DNA of 64,000 nt from Candidatus Latescibacterota bacterium (GTDB taxonomy: Bacteria > Latescibacterota > UBA2968 > UBA8231), in assembly GCA_965242865.1 (NCBI GenBank), contig CBDETK010000013.1, forward strand, positions 2,336,001-2,400,000, in the 5' to 3' direction. Below the pieces are notes generated by a model. The model saw only the letters and a list, made by a program, of their open reading frames with translations, made no database searches and was not told the DNA's origin. Below are positions 17,575 through 26,248 of the stretch, one piece after another. Each line of letters opens with the position of its first letter. Position 1 is the stretch's first letter. The position numbers were made by a program, and so were the translations under genes.

Positions 17575-20500
17575 TTAAGCGTCAATCCGCGTCTTCTTGC
17601 CCCCGTGGACGCTTGGCTCGGCGCACCATTGGTTGCGTAAAACGGCGAGCGGTTCGAGGGCCGATTCGGGAAGGCGAAGCAATTCCACTAAGACGGCGCG
17701 GTCGAGGGCTTGGCGAGCGTCGTCCCGATACGCCTCGTTAGCTGGCAGGAACTCTTTTTCCTTGAATTGCTCGAAGATGGCCTCGGCTTGGGCTAGCTGC
17801 TCTTGGCTGAGGGAGCGCGGGTCCAAGACCGTCAGGCGGGGCAGTTGGGTGATCGTCAGACACGCGCGGCCCTGCTGCTGGCGGGTCCCGACCCACCAGA
17901 AGGCGAGGAGGCCCAGCGTCGTGTTGGACCACAAGACGAGAGGTACGCTCCACTCGTCTTGAGCCGGGAGAAAATTCGGCCATGCCCTGCCGCCGATGGA
18001 TTTGGCCGGCGTGAGGCAAGCGGTGAGGCTTTGCGAGTTGATGCGAAAATCGAGAGTGAAGTGTAACCGCGAGGCCGTCGCCTTCCAGACGGATACAGCG
18101 TGATCGTTGCAGCCGGGGCGCACTTCCCCTTCGCTATCGGGCGGGACGATGAGACCCCGTTCGCGCTCGGCGTCGTGTCCCCACAGCACCGGATACTCCG
18201 GTACTCCTTGAATGGGGATGATTTCAAACGGGCCGCGCGGTACTCCGTTGCTGTTTTTCCCAGAAATGTCGCGGTGGAGCAATCCCTTCTCGCCAAGGTC
18301 CCCAAGACGAGTCGTCGCCAGCGGGGCGGCGTATCCCCGCGGCAGCCGGAGCGTTCCTTTTGCCAGACCGAGGGCAGCATCCGCCAGCGTCGTTTCGCGC
18401 AGAGACGCGCACCCTCCTTGATTCAGCGGTGCTCGGATGTACGTGCCAACCGTCTCGCTGTCGCCGATGCACAACCGACCCTGCCGAACTTGAGCCGGCA
18501 GCCGACGCACGGCCCGCGCCATCTCAAAGGCTTCCGCGATACTGCCCGGTCGGTAATAAAGATTGACGAACAGCGTTTCCCCGCTTTCCCCGTTTCCCGC
18601 CTCGCGCCGCTTGTTCGCCACGACGAGGACCTCGGCCATCCCGGTATCCGCCGAAAACGCCCGATCCGTATCTCCGTGTGCCGCAATGGTCAGCACCGCC
18701 ACGTCCTCGTACTCGCGATCCAACAAGTCCCGGAAATTCGCCCAAGACCCGCCGCTCACACCCGCCGCAGGCAACACCAGTGCGAGAACCCCGCGAGGCC
18801 GGAGCTTGACATGCGCCAGATCGACGAAGTTGGAAGCTAGTCCCGCGTTGCCGTGCCCGACCGGATCGGTCAACCGCTGCCGAATCTCGGCCAGCCGCTT
18901 GGACATAGCTTGTTGCTCGTCTTGGGTCGTGTTCAGTCCGGCAAACGACGGCACCGGCACCTCGGCCTTCTCGTGATTAGTGGGCCGCGTAAACGGCGGG
19001 TTCATAATCACCAGATCGGCCGTTTCGCGGGGCAGAACCATATCTTGGCTGCCCTCGGCTTCCACATCGGCCCCCGTGCCCTGCGCTCTGCGAATGCCCG
19101 TGCCAAACAGCGACGGGGCCACGTCGTCCTCAATCAAATCAAGCGCGCCCAACGCCATGGTATGTCGCTTTTCCGCGCTCTGCTGTCCGTAGGGCAACGT
19201 GTGGATGCGGGTGTGCCCAAAGGTCGTCCCCGGATGAGCACTCGACAGCATGGACGCGGTCAAGTGCGTGGCCGCTGGCATGATGTCGGCCGCGACGAGG
19301 GCGCGTTCCATCATTTGCCGATGCAGTTCCTGATCGTCGCCGCCGGTCCGCCGATAGCGCACCGCTAGCGCACGATACGCCGCCGAGAGCAACGCACCCG
19401 TGCCACAGGCTAAGTCCGCGACTTGGAGACTTGTGAAAGTATCCGGGTCGGACCAATCCGTGTCCGCGTCAAGCCGCGCCACCGCCAACTCCCCGAGCAG
19501 AGCCGCCGATGTCGGCAGGGTGTAAAACGTGGCGAGGAACTTGCGGTCGGCAATCAGCCGTTGGAACATCCGCCCGGAAAGATCGTGCAAGGTGGTCGCG
19601 CCCAAGCCTGCCAAATCGCTAGCCGCTTGCGCGAGGCGGTTGAGGACCGCATTGGCCGCGCCATCGGGAATGGGCCGCAGCAAATCGGAGGCAATGCGAA
19701 AGATCGGATAGTAGTTGATGTCGTCGAGGATGTGCTGCCAACAGTCAAGCAACCGGCTCTTGCTGACGTCGTTGCGCCCCGGAATCCGCAATGCGTCGAT
19801 AGTCGCAATCCCGTGTGCTTCGACAATAGCCGTGTGAAAAACGAGCGCGTTGGCGACGATAGCCATCGCCATGCGCGAGGTTTGCTCGCCATCCTCCTGA
19901 TGGAGGGATCGCGCCATATTCTCCAGCGCGTGCGTACCGGCCGTTTCGCGCAGCTTGCCAGCGGCCTCGCCAATGCTCTGCTCCAGAATCTGCGTCCCCT
20001 CGGCGAGCAGCCGCTCGGACAACGAGACGTTCTCAATGCAGCTAGCCAGATCGTCAACGCTGCCGACGAGCCAACCCGTGACCGGCCAACGCACAGCCGT
20101 ATCCGCTTCTTGCAGCGAATACGTGCAGTAGCCGAACTCGGCCGCCTCGATATGCCGCGTCAGGTCGTTCTGTGGCGCGTGGCTCAGTTCCTGCGGAATT
20201 CGGACCGCGATGGTCTGCTCGATCCGGTCGCCGTTGTACTGCAAGAACTGCCCTAAGCGAGCTTGGGCATCCGCTTCAACGCTGCGCGCCGGCACAAACT
20301 CCGTCTCCAAAATGACCGGAATGCCGCCCGGCGGACGAATGACAATGTCTGGCCGCAATGCTGTCTCGCGGAGGACGCCCAGTTGCTCGACGCCCGTGTG
20401 ATCGCGCCAGCGCGGATGCTTAGTCCGCAGCACATCCAACAGCCGGACGTTGAAGGCCATTTCGCTGGTTCGGGCTGTCTGAACATTCAATCGAACCCGC

Positions 20501-20922
20501 TGTGGCTTAGACGTTGCGATCTTCCTAGTCTGTTCGCTTCTCTTTTTTGCTCCTCCTCTTTTAGTGAGATCCTCCATCGATATGTTCAAGTGTCGATGAA
20601 GAGCTTTGGCTACATCTAACCTTAGCGGGTGCTTGCCTGATAGAATGTCGTCGATAGGGGCATCCACTACACCGTTTTGAGCCAGTAACGATTCCACATC
20701 CTTTGAGGTCAGCCCGGCTTGGTCCATAGCGAACTCAATGGCGACGAGCGGCTCTACATCAGACACCGGATAGCACTCACGCTCATAAGCTTCTACCAAC
20801 AGGAATAAGGCTTTTAATTCTTCCCCTTGCGGCGTACCTATAGGCGACCCCCATAGCTCATCAATACGGCCCATAGCCCGTTCGTGATCCGCTTCAGTGC
20901 GAATAGGATCTAAGCGGTGCAT
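17575..20922 (-). CDS. Type IIG-like restriction-modification enzyme (N6-adenine methyltransferase) with N-terminal HigA-like HTH domain
   Basis: N-terminus PIRTEADHERA...LVEAYE...P...IEFAMDQ.GL; nuclease-like RPDIVI...ILETE; FYT, DLACGTGALL (motif I), NPPF (motif IV). Confidence 0.85.
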   Translation of the reverse strand: MHRLDPIRTEADHERAMGRIDELWGSPIGTPQGEELKALFLLVEAYERECYPVSDVEPLVAIEFAMDQAGLTSKDVESLLAQNGVVDAPIDDILSGKHPLRLDVAKALHRHLNISMEDLTKRGGAKKRSEQTRKIATSKPQRVRLNVQTARTSEMAFNVRLLDVLRTKHPRWRDHTGVEQLGVLRETALRPDIVIRPPGGIPVILETEFVPARSVEADAQARLGQFLQYNGDRIEQTIAVRIPQELSHAPQNDLTRHIEAAEFGYCTYSLQEADTAVRWPVTGWLVGSVDDLASCIENVSLSERLLAEGTQILEQSIGEAAGKLRETAGTHALENMARSLHQEDGEQTSRMAMAIVANALVFHTAIVEAHGIATIDALRIPGRNDVSKSRLLDCWQHILDDINYYPIFRIASDLLRPIPDGAANAVLNRLAQAASDLAGLGATTLHDLSGRMFQRLIADRKFLATFYTLPTSAALLGELAVARLDADTDWSDPDTFTSLQVADLACGTGALLSAAYRALAVRYRRTGGDDQELHRQMMERALVAADIMPAATHLTASMLSSAHPGTTFGHTRIHTLPYGQQSAEKRHTMALGALDLIEDDVAPSLFGTGIRRAQGTGADVEAEGSQDMVLPRETADLVIMNPPFTRPTNHEKAEVPVPSFAGLNTTQDEQQAMSKRLAEIRQRLTDPVGHGNAGLASNFVDLAHVKLRPRGVLALVLPAAGVSGGSWANFRDLLDREYEDVAVLTIAAHGDTDRAFSADTGMAEVLVVANKRREAGNGESGETLFVNLYYRPGSIAEAFEMARAVRRLPAQVRQGRLCIGDSETVGTYIRAPLNQGGCASLRETTLADAALGLAKGTLRLPRGYAAPLATTRLGDLGEKGLLHRDISGKNSNGVPRGPFEIIPIQGVPEYPVLWGHDAERERGLIVPPDSEGEVRPGCNDHAVSVWKATASRLHFTLDFRINSQSLTACLTPAKSIGGRAWPNFLPAQDEWSVPLVLWSNTTLGLLAFWWVGTRQQQGRACLTITQLPRLTVLDPRSLSQEQLAQAEAIFEQFKEKEFLPANEAYRDDARQALDRAVLVELLRLPESALEPLAVLRNQWCAEPSVHGGKKTRIDA

Positions 20923-20973
20923 GATTCATACCTTTCTCGCATCGGGGATGTTATCGTACTCTGCATGGGTTCC

Positions 20974-23613
20974 CTAATACGCCACCGTCACCGTGCGCAC
21001 CACCTCGGTCCGCTCCGCGCTCAATCCCCCGACGTCCACCGCCACCCGGAGCAACGCACAATAGACGCCCGGGGGAACGCGCCCCCCCTGATCGTCCGTG
21101 CCGTCCCAAGCGATCTCGTACTGGCCGGTGGTCGTCGTGCGCTGCTCGGCGAGTTGGCGCATCAGCCGGCCACTCAGGTCGTAGATGGCGACTTGTAGCG
21201 GGCCATCGTCGTCCAGACGCACGACCTTCAAGGCGAAAACCGCGCGGTCGTTGACCCCGTCGCCATTGGGCGTAAACGCCGGCGGGCGCACCTCCACGTC
21301 GAGCAGCAGCTCCTCGTGCGTGGGATCGCCCACCAGCGTCGTCGTATTGCCCGCCACCGCGTCGAGCGCGTTGCCCGGGTCCACCCGCTGCCAAGTGCCC
21401 TCGCCCCCGGCGCGGTGCTGCAAGGAGGCATGCAGCACCGCCCCGATGCCAAAGAGCGCGGTGCGAAAGTCGAGGCGCACGACCTCAATGCCCGCATTGG
21501 GCCGAATCGCGGCAAAAGACAGGCGCAAGCTGTCCGCGCCCGTGGGCACGACCTCGACGCCCTCGACCGCACGCTCGGCCCCGGCTCGGCCCGCGTACAG
21601 CCCGGCAAACCCGAGCGTCATATCGGCCGGCGCGACCAGCAGCAACTGATCGAAGCCCGGGTCGTGGCGGTTGAATTGCGGCCGCACATAGAGAGAAAAG
21701 GGGCGGTCCACGCCCAGCGAATCGACCCGGAACGGCGCGATCTCGCCGATGAGCCCCTCGGCCACCGGGCGGGTAAAATGCAGGCGAATCGAGCGCAGCG
21801 CGGCGCGGATGGCCGGGTCCTCAGACCGCAGCGTCGCCCGCACCTTGAGAAACTCGCGCGGGCTGGGCGAGGCAATCGCGCTGCCCGTTGGGTCCTCGTA
21901 GGGCTGGCTCCAGCCGCTCCAGTCGTCCCCTTCCACCTCCTCGGCGACGACCGGCCCCTTGAAGATGTCCAAGAGCGTCGGATTGTTGTATTCCCGCTCG
22001 GAAATCTCCGTGCCGTCCTTCTTGAAATAGTGCAGCACCTCGCTCAACTCATTGCCCGTACGCGTCTGGACCAGCACTCGGGTGCCCGGCGGAGCATCCG
22101 CGTCCCATGCTATCGACAGCAGGTTCCGCCGCCCGCCCAGCCGCACCAAGCCCGATTCGAGCCAGACCTCGGGCTGAAACCCCGCGCCGTAAAGCTGCAC
22201 TGAAGCGGGAAATCCCCGGTGCCCGCCGACGGGCACGATGATTTGCTCCCACACAATGCGAAAAAAGCGCGTCTTAATCAGCGCGAAATCGTGCCCCTCG
22301 TATTCCTTGCGCGTACTCGACTGCTGGCGGCTGGCCACGGTCGTCCACTTGAGGCTGCCGTCGGCATTGAGCGCGCCGTCCGAGGCGTCGAGCCGATAGG
22401 AGGGAAAGCTAAAGCGGTCGCGGATCGCCTGCCCGCCGTAGGCCATGCGAAAGGTGTCGATCCAGTACGTCGAACCGAGGTCAAAGCTCAGATGGCCTTC
22501 GGGGCCGGGAATGGTCTGGCGGTCAAAGGAGAAGATCAGATCGACGTACGTCTGCACGTTGCCGTCGATGGTCCGGCCCACCGGCAGCCCTTGCGAGGCA
22601 AAGACATCGCCGCCCCGAGCCAAGGCCGCGATCAGCGCGTCGTCGCCCTCGTGCCACACTTCGAGTTCGGCCAGCCGAGGCCGCTCCCAGCGATAGTACG
22701 CGATCCCGCCCTGCTGGCTGGCGGGCAACCGGGCGTAGTCGGCCGCGGCGATCTCGGTGCGGCGTCCGTCGCGCTGCTGCTTGTAATAGACGACCGCGCC
22801 CTGCTCGGCCACCGGCAACGCCTCGTACTCTGGTTGGCTGACCTCAAACCCGCGGTCGAAATCCGAGCCGCGCACCACCACCTGCACCAAGCGCACTCCA
22901 GTGCCAACAAATTCGTTCTGCGCCGCTGAAACAGCCGATGTCGGCGGGGCGTTGAGCGGCTGGTCCGACAGCTCCTGCTCTGCGGCGTCGGCGCGCTCGC
23001 CGAGGACAATTTCCAGCCGCCGCTCGGTCTTATTCGGCTTCAACGTGCGCCACACCACGTCGAACTCCGGCTCCTCCGACGCGATGAACTTCTCCGGCAC
23101 CTCGCCGTCGGAGATCAGCACATCGTACTGGAGGAAGGGATCGCCCAGCCCTTCTTCCACGAACTTGAGCACGATGCGCTTGGCGATTACCAGCCGCCCC
23201 AGATCGATGGTAAACCACCAGTGCAAGCCCAGCTCGGAAGCATCTGCGACCGGCTCGGGTTCCCAGTAGGTCGCCAAGTCCCCGTCGAGCACATTGAGCA
23301 CGTCGGGCGCGTTGGAACCCGCTTCAATGGCATCGGCGAGTTCAATGTCCTCGACAGCCTTGTCCCGCGCCAGATCTTCGGGCGGATGCAGGCGCAAGAA
23401 GTGGACGATGTCTTTGGTGGCGTCGATGTTGCGGCGCAGAGCAAACGGCGTCACCGCACCGCTGGGGTCGATCGTCAGCGTCCCCACCGGAAACTCCCAA
23501 GCCCGCCAGTGCGCGGCGCGGTCAATAACGAGCTGATCGGCAGTGAGCCGATACCCCCCTCCTTGGGCATAGCCCGCAGCAACCCACAGCAAAACAACAG
23601 CCATGTAGCGCAT
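20974..23613 (-). CDS. Secreted protein with discoidin-like regions and FTPNGDGVND/FlgD-Ig C-terminal domain (cargo paralog 3)
   Basis: Signal peptide; IDLG; RTG; WSGWSQPY; SPSPREF; FTPNGDGVND...YDLSGR...WDGTD..G..V.PGVY. Confidence 0.8.
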   Translation of the reverse strand: MRYMAVVLLWVAAGYAQGGGYRLTADQLVIDRAAHWRAWEFPVGTLTIDPSGAVTPFALRRNIDATKDIVHFLRLHPPEDLARDKAVEDIELADAIEAGSNAPDVLNVLDGDLATYWEPEPVADASELGLHWWFTIDLGRLVIAKRIVLKFVEEGLGDPFLQYDVLISDGEVPEKFIASEEPEFDVVWRTLKPNKTERRLEIVLGERADAAEQELSDQPLNAPPTSAVSAAQNEFVGTGVRLVQVVVRGSDFDRGFEVSQPEYEALPVAEQGAVVYYKQQRDGRRTEIAAADYARLPASQQGGIAYYRWERPRLAELEVWHEGDDALIAALARGGDVFASQGLPVGRTIDGNVQTYVDLIFSFDRQTIPGPEGHLSFDLGSTYWIDTFRMAYGGQAIRDRFSFPSYRLDASDGALNADGSLKWTTVASRQQSSTRKEYEGHDFALIKTRFFRIVWEQIIVPVGGHRGFPASVQLYGAGFQPEVWLESGLVRLGGRRNLLSIAWDADAPPGTRVLVQTRTGNELSEVLHYFKKDGTEISEREYNNPTLLDIFKGPVVAEEVEGDDWSGWSQPYEDPTGSAIASPSPREFLKVRATLRSEDPAIRAALRSIRLHFTRPVAEGLIGEIAPFRVDSLGVDRPFSLYVRPQFNRHDPGFDQLLLVAPADMTLGFAGLYAGRAGAERAVEGVEVVPTGADSLRLSFAAIRPNAGIEVVRLDFRTALFGIGAVLHASLQHRAGGEGTWQRVDPGNALDAVAGNTTTLVGDPTHEELLLDVEVRPPAFTPNGDGVNDRAVFALKVVRLDDDGPLQVAIYDLSGRLMRQLAEQRTTTTGQYEIAWDGTDDQGGRVPPGVYCALLRVAVDVGGLSAERTEVVRTVTVAY

Positions 23614-23694
23614 ACCCTCTCCTCTCAGCAGCAGCTATACCTATACCTGTTGGGGACGGCCCCCGTGCCGTCCCCTGTCCCCCCCATCCGTCTC

Positions 23695-25626
23695 CTAGTA
23701 CACCAACCCAACAACCCGCGACCGCGTCTTAATCCCACCATCCGTCTCCACCTCAAGGCGCAGAACATACACCCCAGGCGCGACCAACCCCCCGGTCTCA
23801 TCCCGCCCATCCCACCCGGCGACAAACTGCCCGCTCTGGGCCGGGCCGCGGAAAACCTCGCCGCGCCGCCCCCCCTGCAAATCGTAGAGCACCACCGCGA
23901 CTTCGGCGTCACCGCTCACATTCAACAAGTCGTATTCAATCCGCACGGCGTCGTTGATCTGGTCGCCGTTGGGCGTGAACGCGGCCGGCACCAGCCGGAG
24001 CGCGCCGATCACCTGCCCGGCGATCTGGGTCAACCCCACGCTCAAGGTATTGCCCTCGACCCGCTCGACCACCTCGCCCGGGGTCACCGCTTGACGCACT
24101 TCCCGCGGCCTAGTGCTGTCGTGGACGCGACCGGCAAACAAGGTCCCGAACTTGAAAACCTCGCAGCGAAAGACCACTTCTATTAGCTCGCCATCGCGGG
24201 TCGGATCGATTCGCGGCACGCCAATCTCAAAGCCGCGCTCATCGAGCCGCCGCACTTCAAAGGCCACCTTTTCGCCGCTGTAGCGCACCGCGTCAATGCC
24301 CTCGGCCCGGGCCGGCGTGTCAATCTCAATGGCGTCGAAACCCAAGTCGTCGGCTGTTAGGCGCGGCAGCAGCATGTACGTGAACTCGGTTGCCGCGCCC
24401 GTCGGCGCCAAGATGGGCGCGATCTCGGCCAATACCACGGCGGCCATCGGCGGCCTAGACGCGGCGAACTGCACGAAGTTCAGGCGCCCGCCGGCCTCTA
24501 CCGTGGACTCGAAGTGGGCCCTGAGTTGCACGAATTGCCGCGGTCGCGTCCCCTGCATGGGGGCACTGCCCTGCGCCAAGTCGTAGGCCGCGCTCCAGCC
24601 TTCCCAGTGTTCCGTGTCGGGCGTGATGCCGGCCTGCTGAGCCCGCTCCAGCCGGTTGTACGACCGCAGCGTCAAAGGCCGCCCCCGGGCATCGAGTCGC
24701 GTCCGCTCGTCGCCGCGGAATGTGCTGCGCCAATAGGTGTTGGGATCGCCATCGTTGCCGGCGCGCATACTGAGCTCGATTTGCGCACCCGGATCGACTT
24801 GGCTACCCCAGCTTAGTTCGCCCAGCGCGGCCGGCCCGCCCAAATCGAGGACATTGGACACGTAGCGCGCCGTCGGCGTGAAGCCCTTGCCGTAAATCTC
24901 AAACTCGGCGATTTCCCAGATCCCTTGGGTGTTTTCCGGGGCTTCAAAGAGCATGCGGCGGATCGGCACTGGTGGCAGGTCCAGTTCGACCACCGAGGTG
25001 GTGTTCTCCGTGGCCCGATGCGCGATGTCAAAGTCGAAGAAGGAGCCGCGCGTCCCGGCCGAGTACTCGCGCGTACCTTCCTTGAGCGGGTCGCCGTCGC
25101 TGATGCCGATGATAAAGCGCTGGAGAAAACGCTCTTCCTCAAAGCGCGCCCGTGGATAGAACTTGACGCGCTCCACCGTGAAGTTGCCCCCGAACTCGAA
25201 AATTAGGCTCTTGTTGCGGACGCCAATGCCCGAGGTGGTCCAGTGCCCGTCGCCCAAGAAAACGGTCTCGACATCTTCGTCCCAGAGCACGGCTTCGGTG
25301 TCGCCGCTTCGTTCCCAGCCCCGCCAGACCAGCGTCTGCACCCGGCCTCCGCGCTCTTTGAGGCGCGGCGTCAGGTTGATCGATGGGTCCAGTTGCTCCG
25401 GTTCGATAAAGTCCGCCTCAATCGTCAGGGATTCGACCGCGCCGTGCTGGGCGGCTTCCACCGCCCCCCAATCGAGCTGCACAAATTCCACGCCCTCGGC
25501 CAGTTCCGGCCGCGGCAGCGACGCCCCGCCGATCCGATAAATCGTCAGCGCATCCGCGCCGCTAGTCAGCCAAGCGAGGGCGAGGATACAGATCGTTATC
25601 CGTTGATTTTCAAATGATCGCTTCAT
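23695..25626 (-). CDS. Secreted protein with FTPNGD/FlgD-Ig C-terminal domain (cargo paralog 2)
   Basis: Signal peptide ending ADA; same motif series as the 20974 and 34150 proteins; FTPNGDQIND...WDGRDETG..V.PGVY; alternative start 25662. Confidence 0.8.
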   Translation of the reverse strand: MKRSFENQRITICILALAWLTSGADALTIYRIGGASLPRPELAEGVEFVQLDWGAVEAAQHGAVESLTIEADFIEPEQLDPSINLTPRLKERGGRVQTLVWRGWERSGDTEAVLWDEDVETVFLGDGHWTTSGIGVRNKSLIFEFGGNFTVERVKFYPRARFEEERFLQRFIIGISDGDPLKEGTREYSAGTRGSFFDFDIAHRATENTTSVVELDLPPVPIRRMLFEAPENTQGIWEIAEFEIYGKGFTPTARYVSNVLDLGGPAALGELSWGSQVDPGAQIELSMRAGNDGDPNTYWRSTFRGDERTRLDARGRPLTLRSYNRLERAQQAGITPDTEHWEGWSAAYDLAQGSAPMQGTRPRQFVQLRAHFESTVEAGGRLNFVQFAASRPPMAAVVLAEIAPILAPTGAATEFTYMLLPRLTADDLGFDAIEIDTPARAEGIDAVRYSGEKVAFEVRRLDERGFEIGVPRIDPTRDGELIEVVFRCEVFKFGTLFAGRVHDSTRPREVRQAVTPGEVVERVEGNTLSVGLTQIAGQVIGALRLVPAAFTPNGDQINDAVRIEYDLLNVSGDAEVAVVLYDLQGGRRGEVFRGPAQSGQFVAGWDGRDETGGLVAPGVYVLRLEVETDGGIKTRSRVVGLVY

Positions 25627-25666
25627 GCAGCGTATCGGTTGAGCCGACATACCATTCGCCATGTGC

Positions 25667-25912
25667 TCAATCGGCGGCGGGCGGCAAGTGCCGACTGGCG
25701 TTGAGGATCGTCAGACCGATCACTTGGCCTTGCTCGTAGCGGATGACCACGTCATCGTCGGTCAGTTCGCTGTCGTCGGCGTGGCTGGGCTTTTTGAAGT
25801 TCACGTACAACACGTCGGCTTCGGCGTCGTAGGAAGACCATAGACTCTGCTTGGGAGACTGCTTCACGACGGGAATCAGAGAAGCATATTGCTCAATCAT
25901 TATAGAGGCCAT
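25667..25912 (-). CDS. DUF2283 family protein (putative antitoxin)
   Basis: YDAEADVLYV.F...S....DDV.IRY..G.VIGLTILNAS. Confidence 0.85.
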   Translation of the reverse strand: MASIMIEQYASLIPVVKQSPKQSLWSSYDAEADVLYVNFKKPSHADDSELTDDDVVIRYEQGQVIGLTILNASRHLPPAAD

Positions 25913-25914
25913 AT

Positions 25915-26160
25915 TTACATCTCGTCCCCAAGGCGCGGAGGCTCATCCCCTGCCGTTGCCAGCAGACGGTCAAAAGCCTCCAAATCGGCACCGGCAGCCC
26001 GATCTTGAAAGTAGCGGGCGGTCCGCAAGGCCGCTAGCTTCTCCGCTACGGCCACGTTGATAAACTGGTTTAGCGTCGTGCCCTCGGCTGCCGCCACTTT
26101 TTCGGCTTCGGATTTGAGCGAGGCGAGCAGATGGAGGGAATACGGGTCCGTGGTAGCCAT
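25915..26160 (-). CDS. Ribbon-helix-helix (HicB-like) antitoxin
   Basis: SLK.EAEKVA..EGTTLNQFINVAVAEKL.AL....YF..RA. Confidence 0.8.
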   Translation of the reverse strand: MATTDPYSLHLLASLKSEAEKVAAAEGTTLNQFINVAVAEKLAALRTARYFQDRAAGADLEAFDRLLATAGDEPPRLGDEM

Positions 26161-26248
26161 GATCTTCATCCTTTCTTCAGCCGCCGCATGGCTTGTGCAG
26201 GCGTTAGAATCGGCATGTTAAATAGGGTGGAACCCGGCAAGACCTGCC

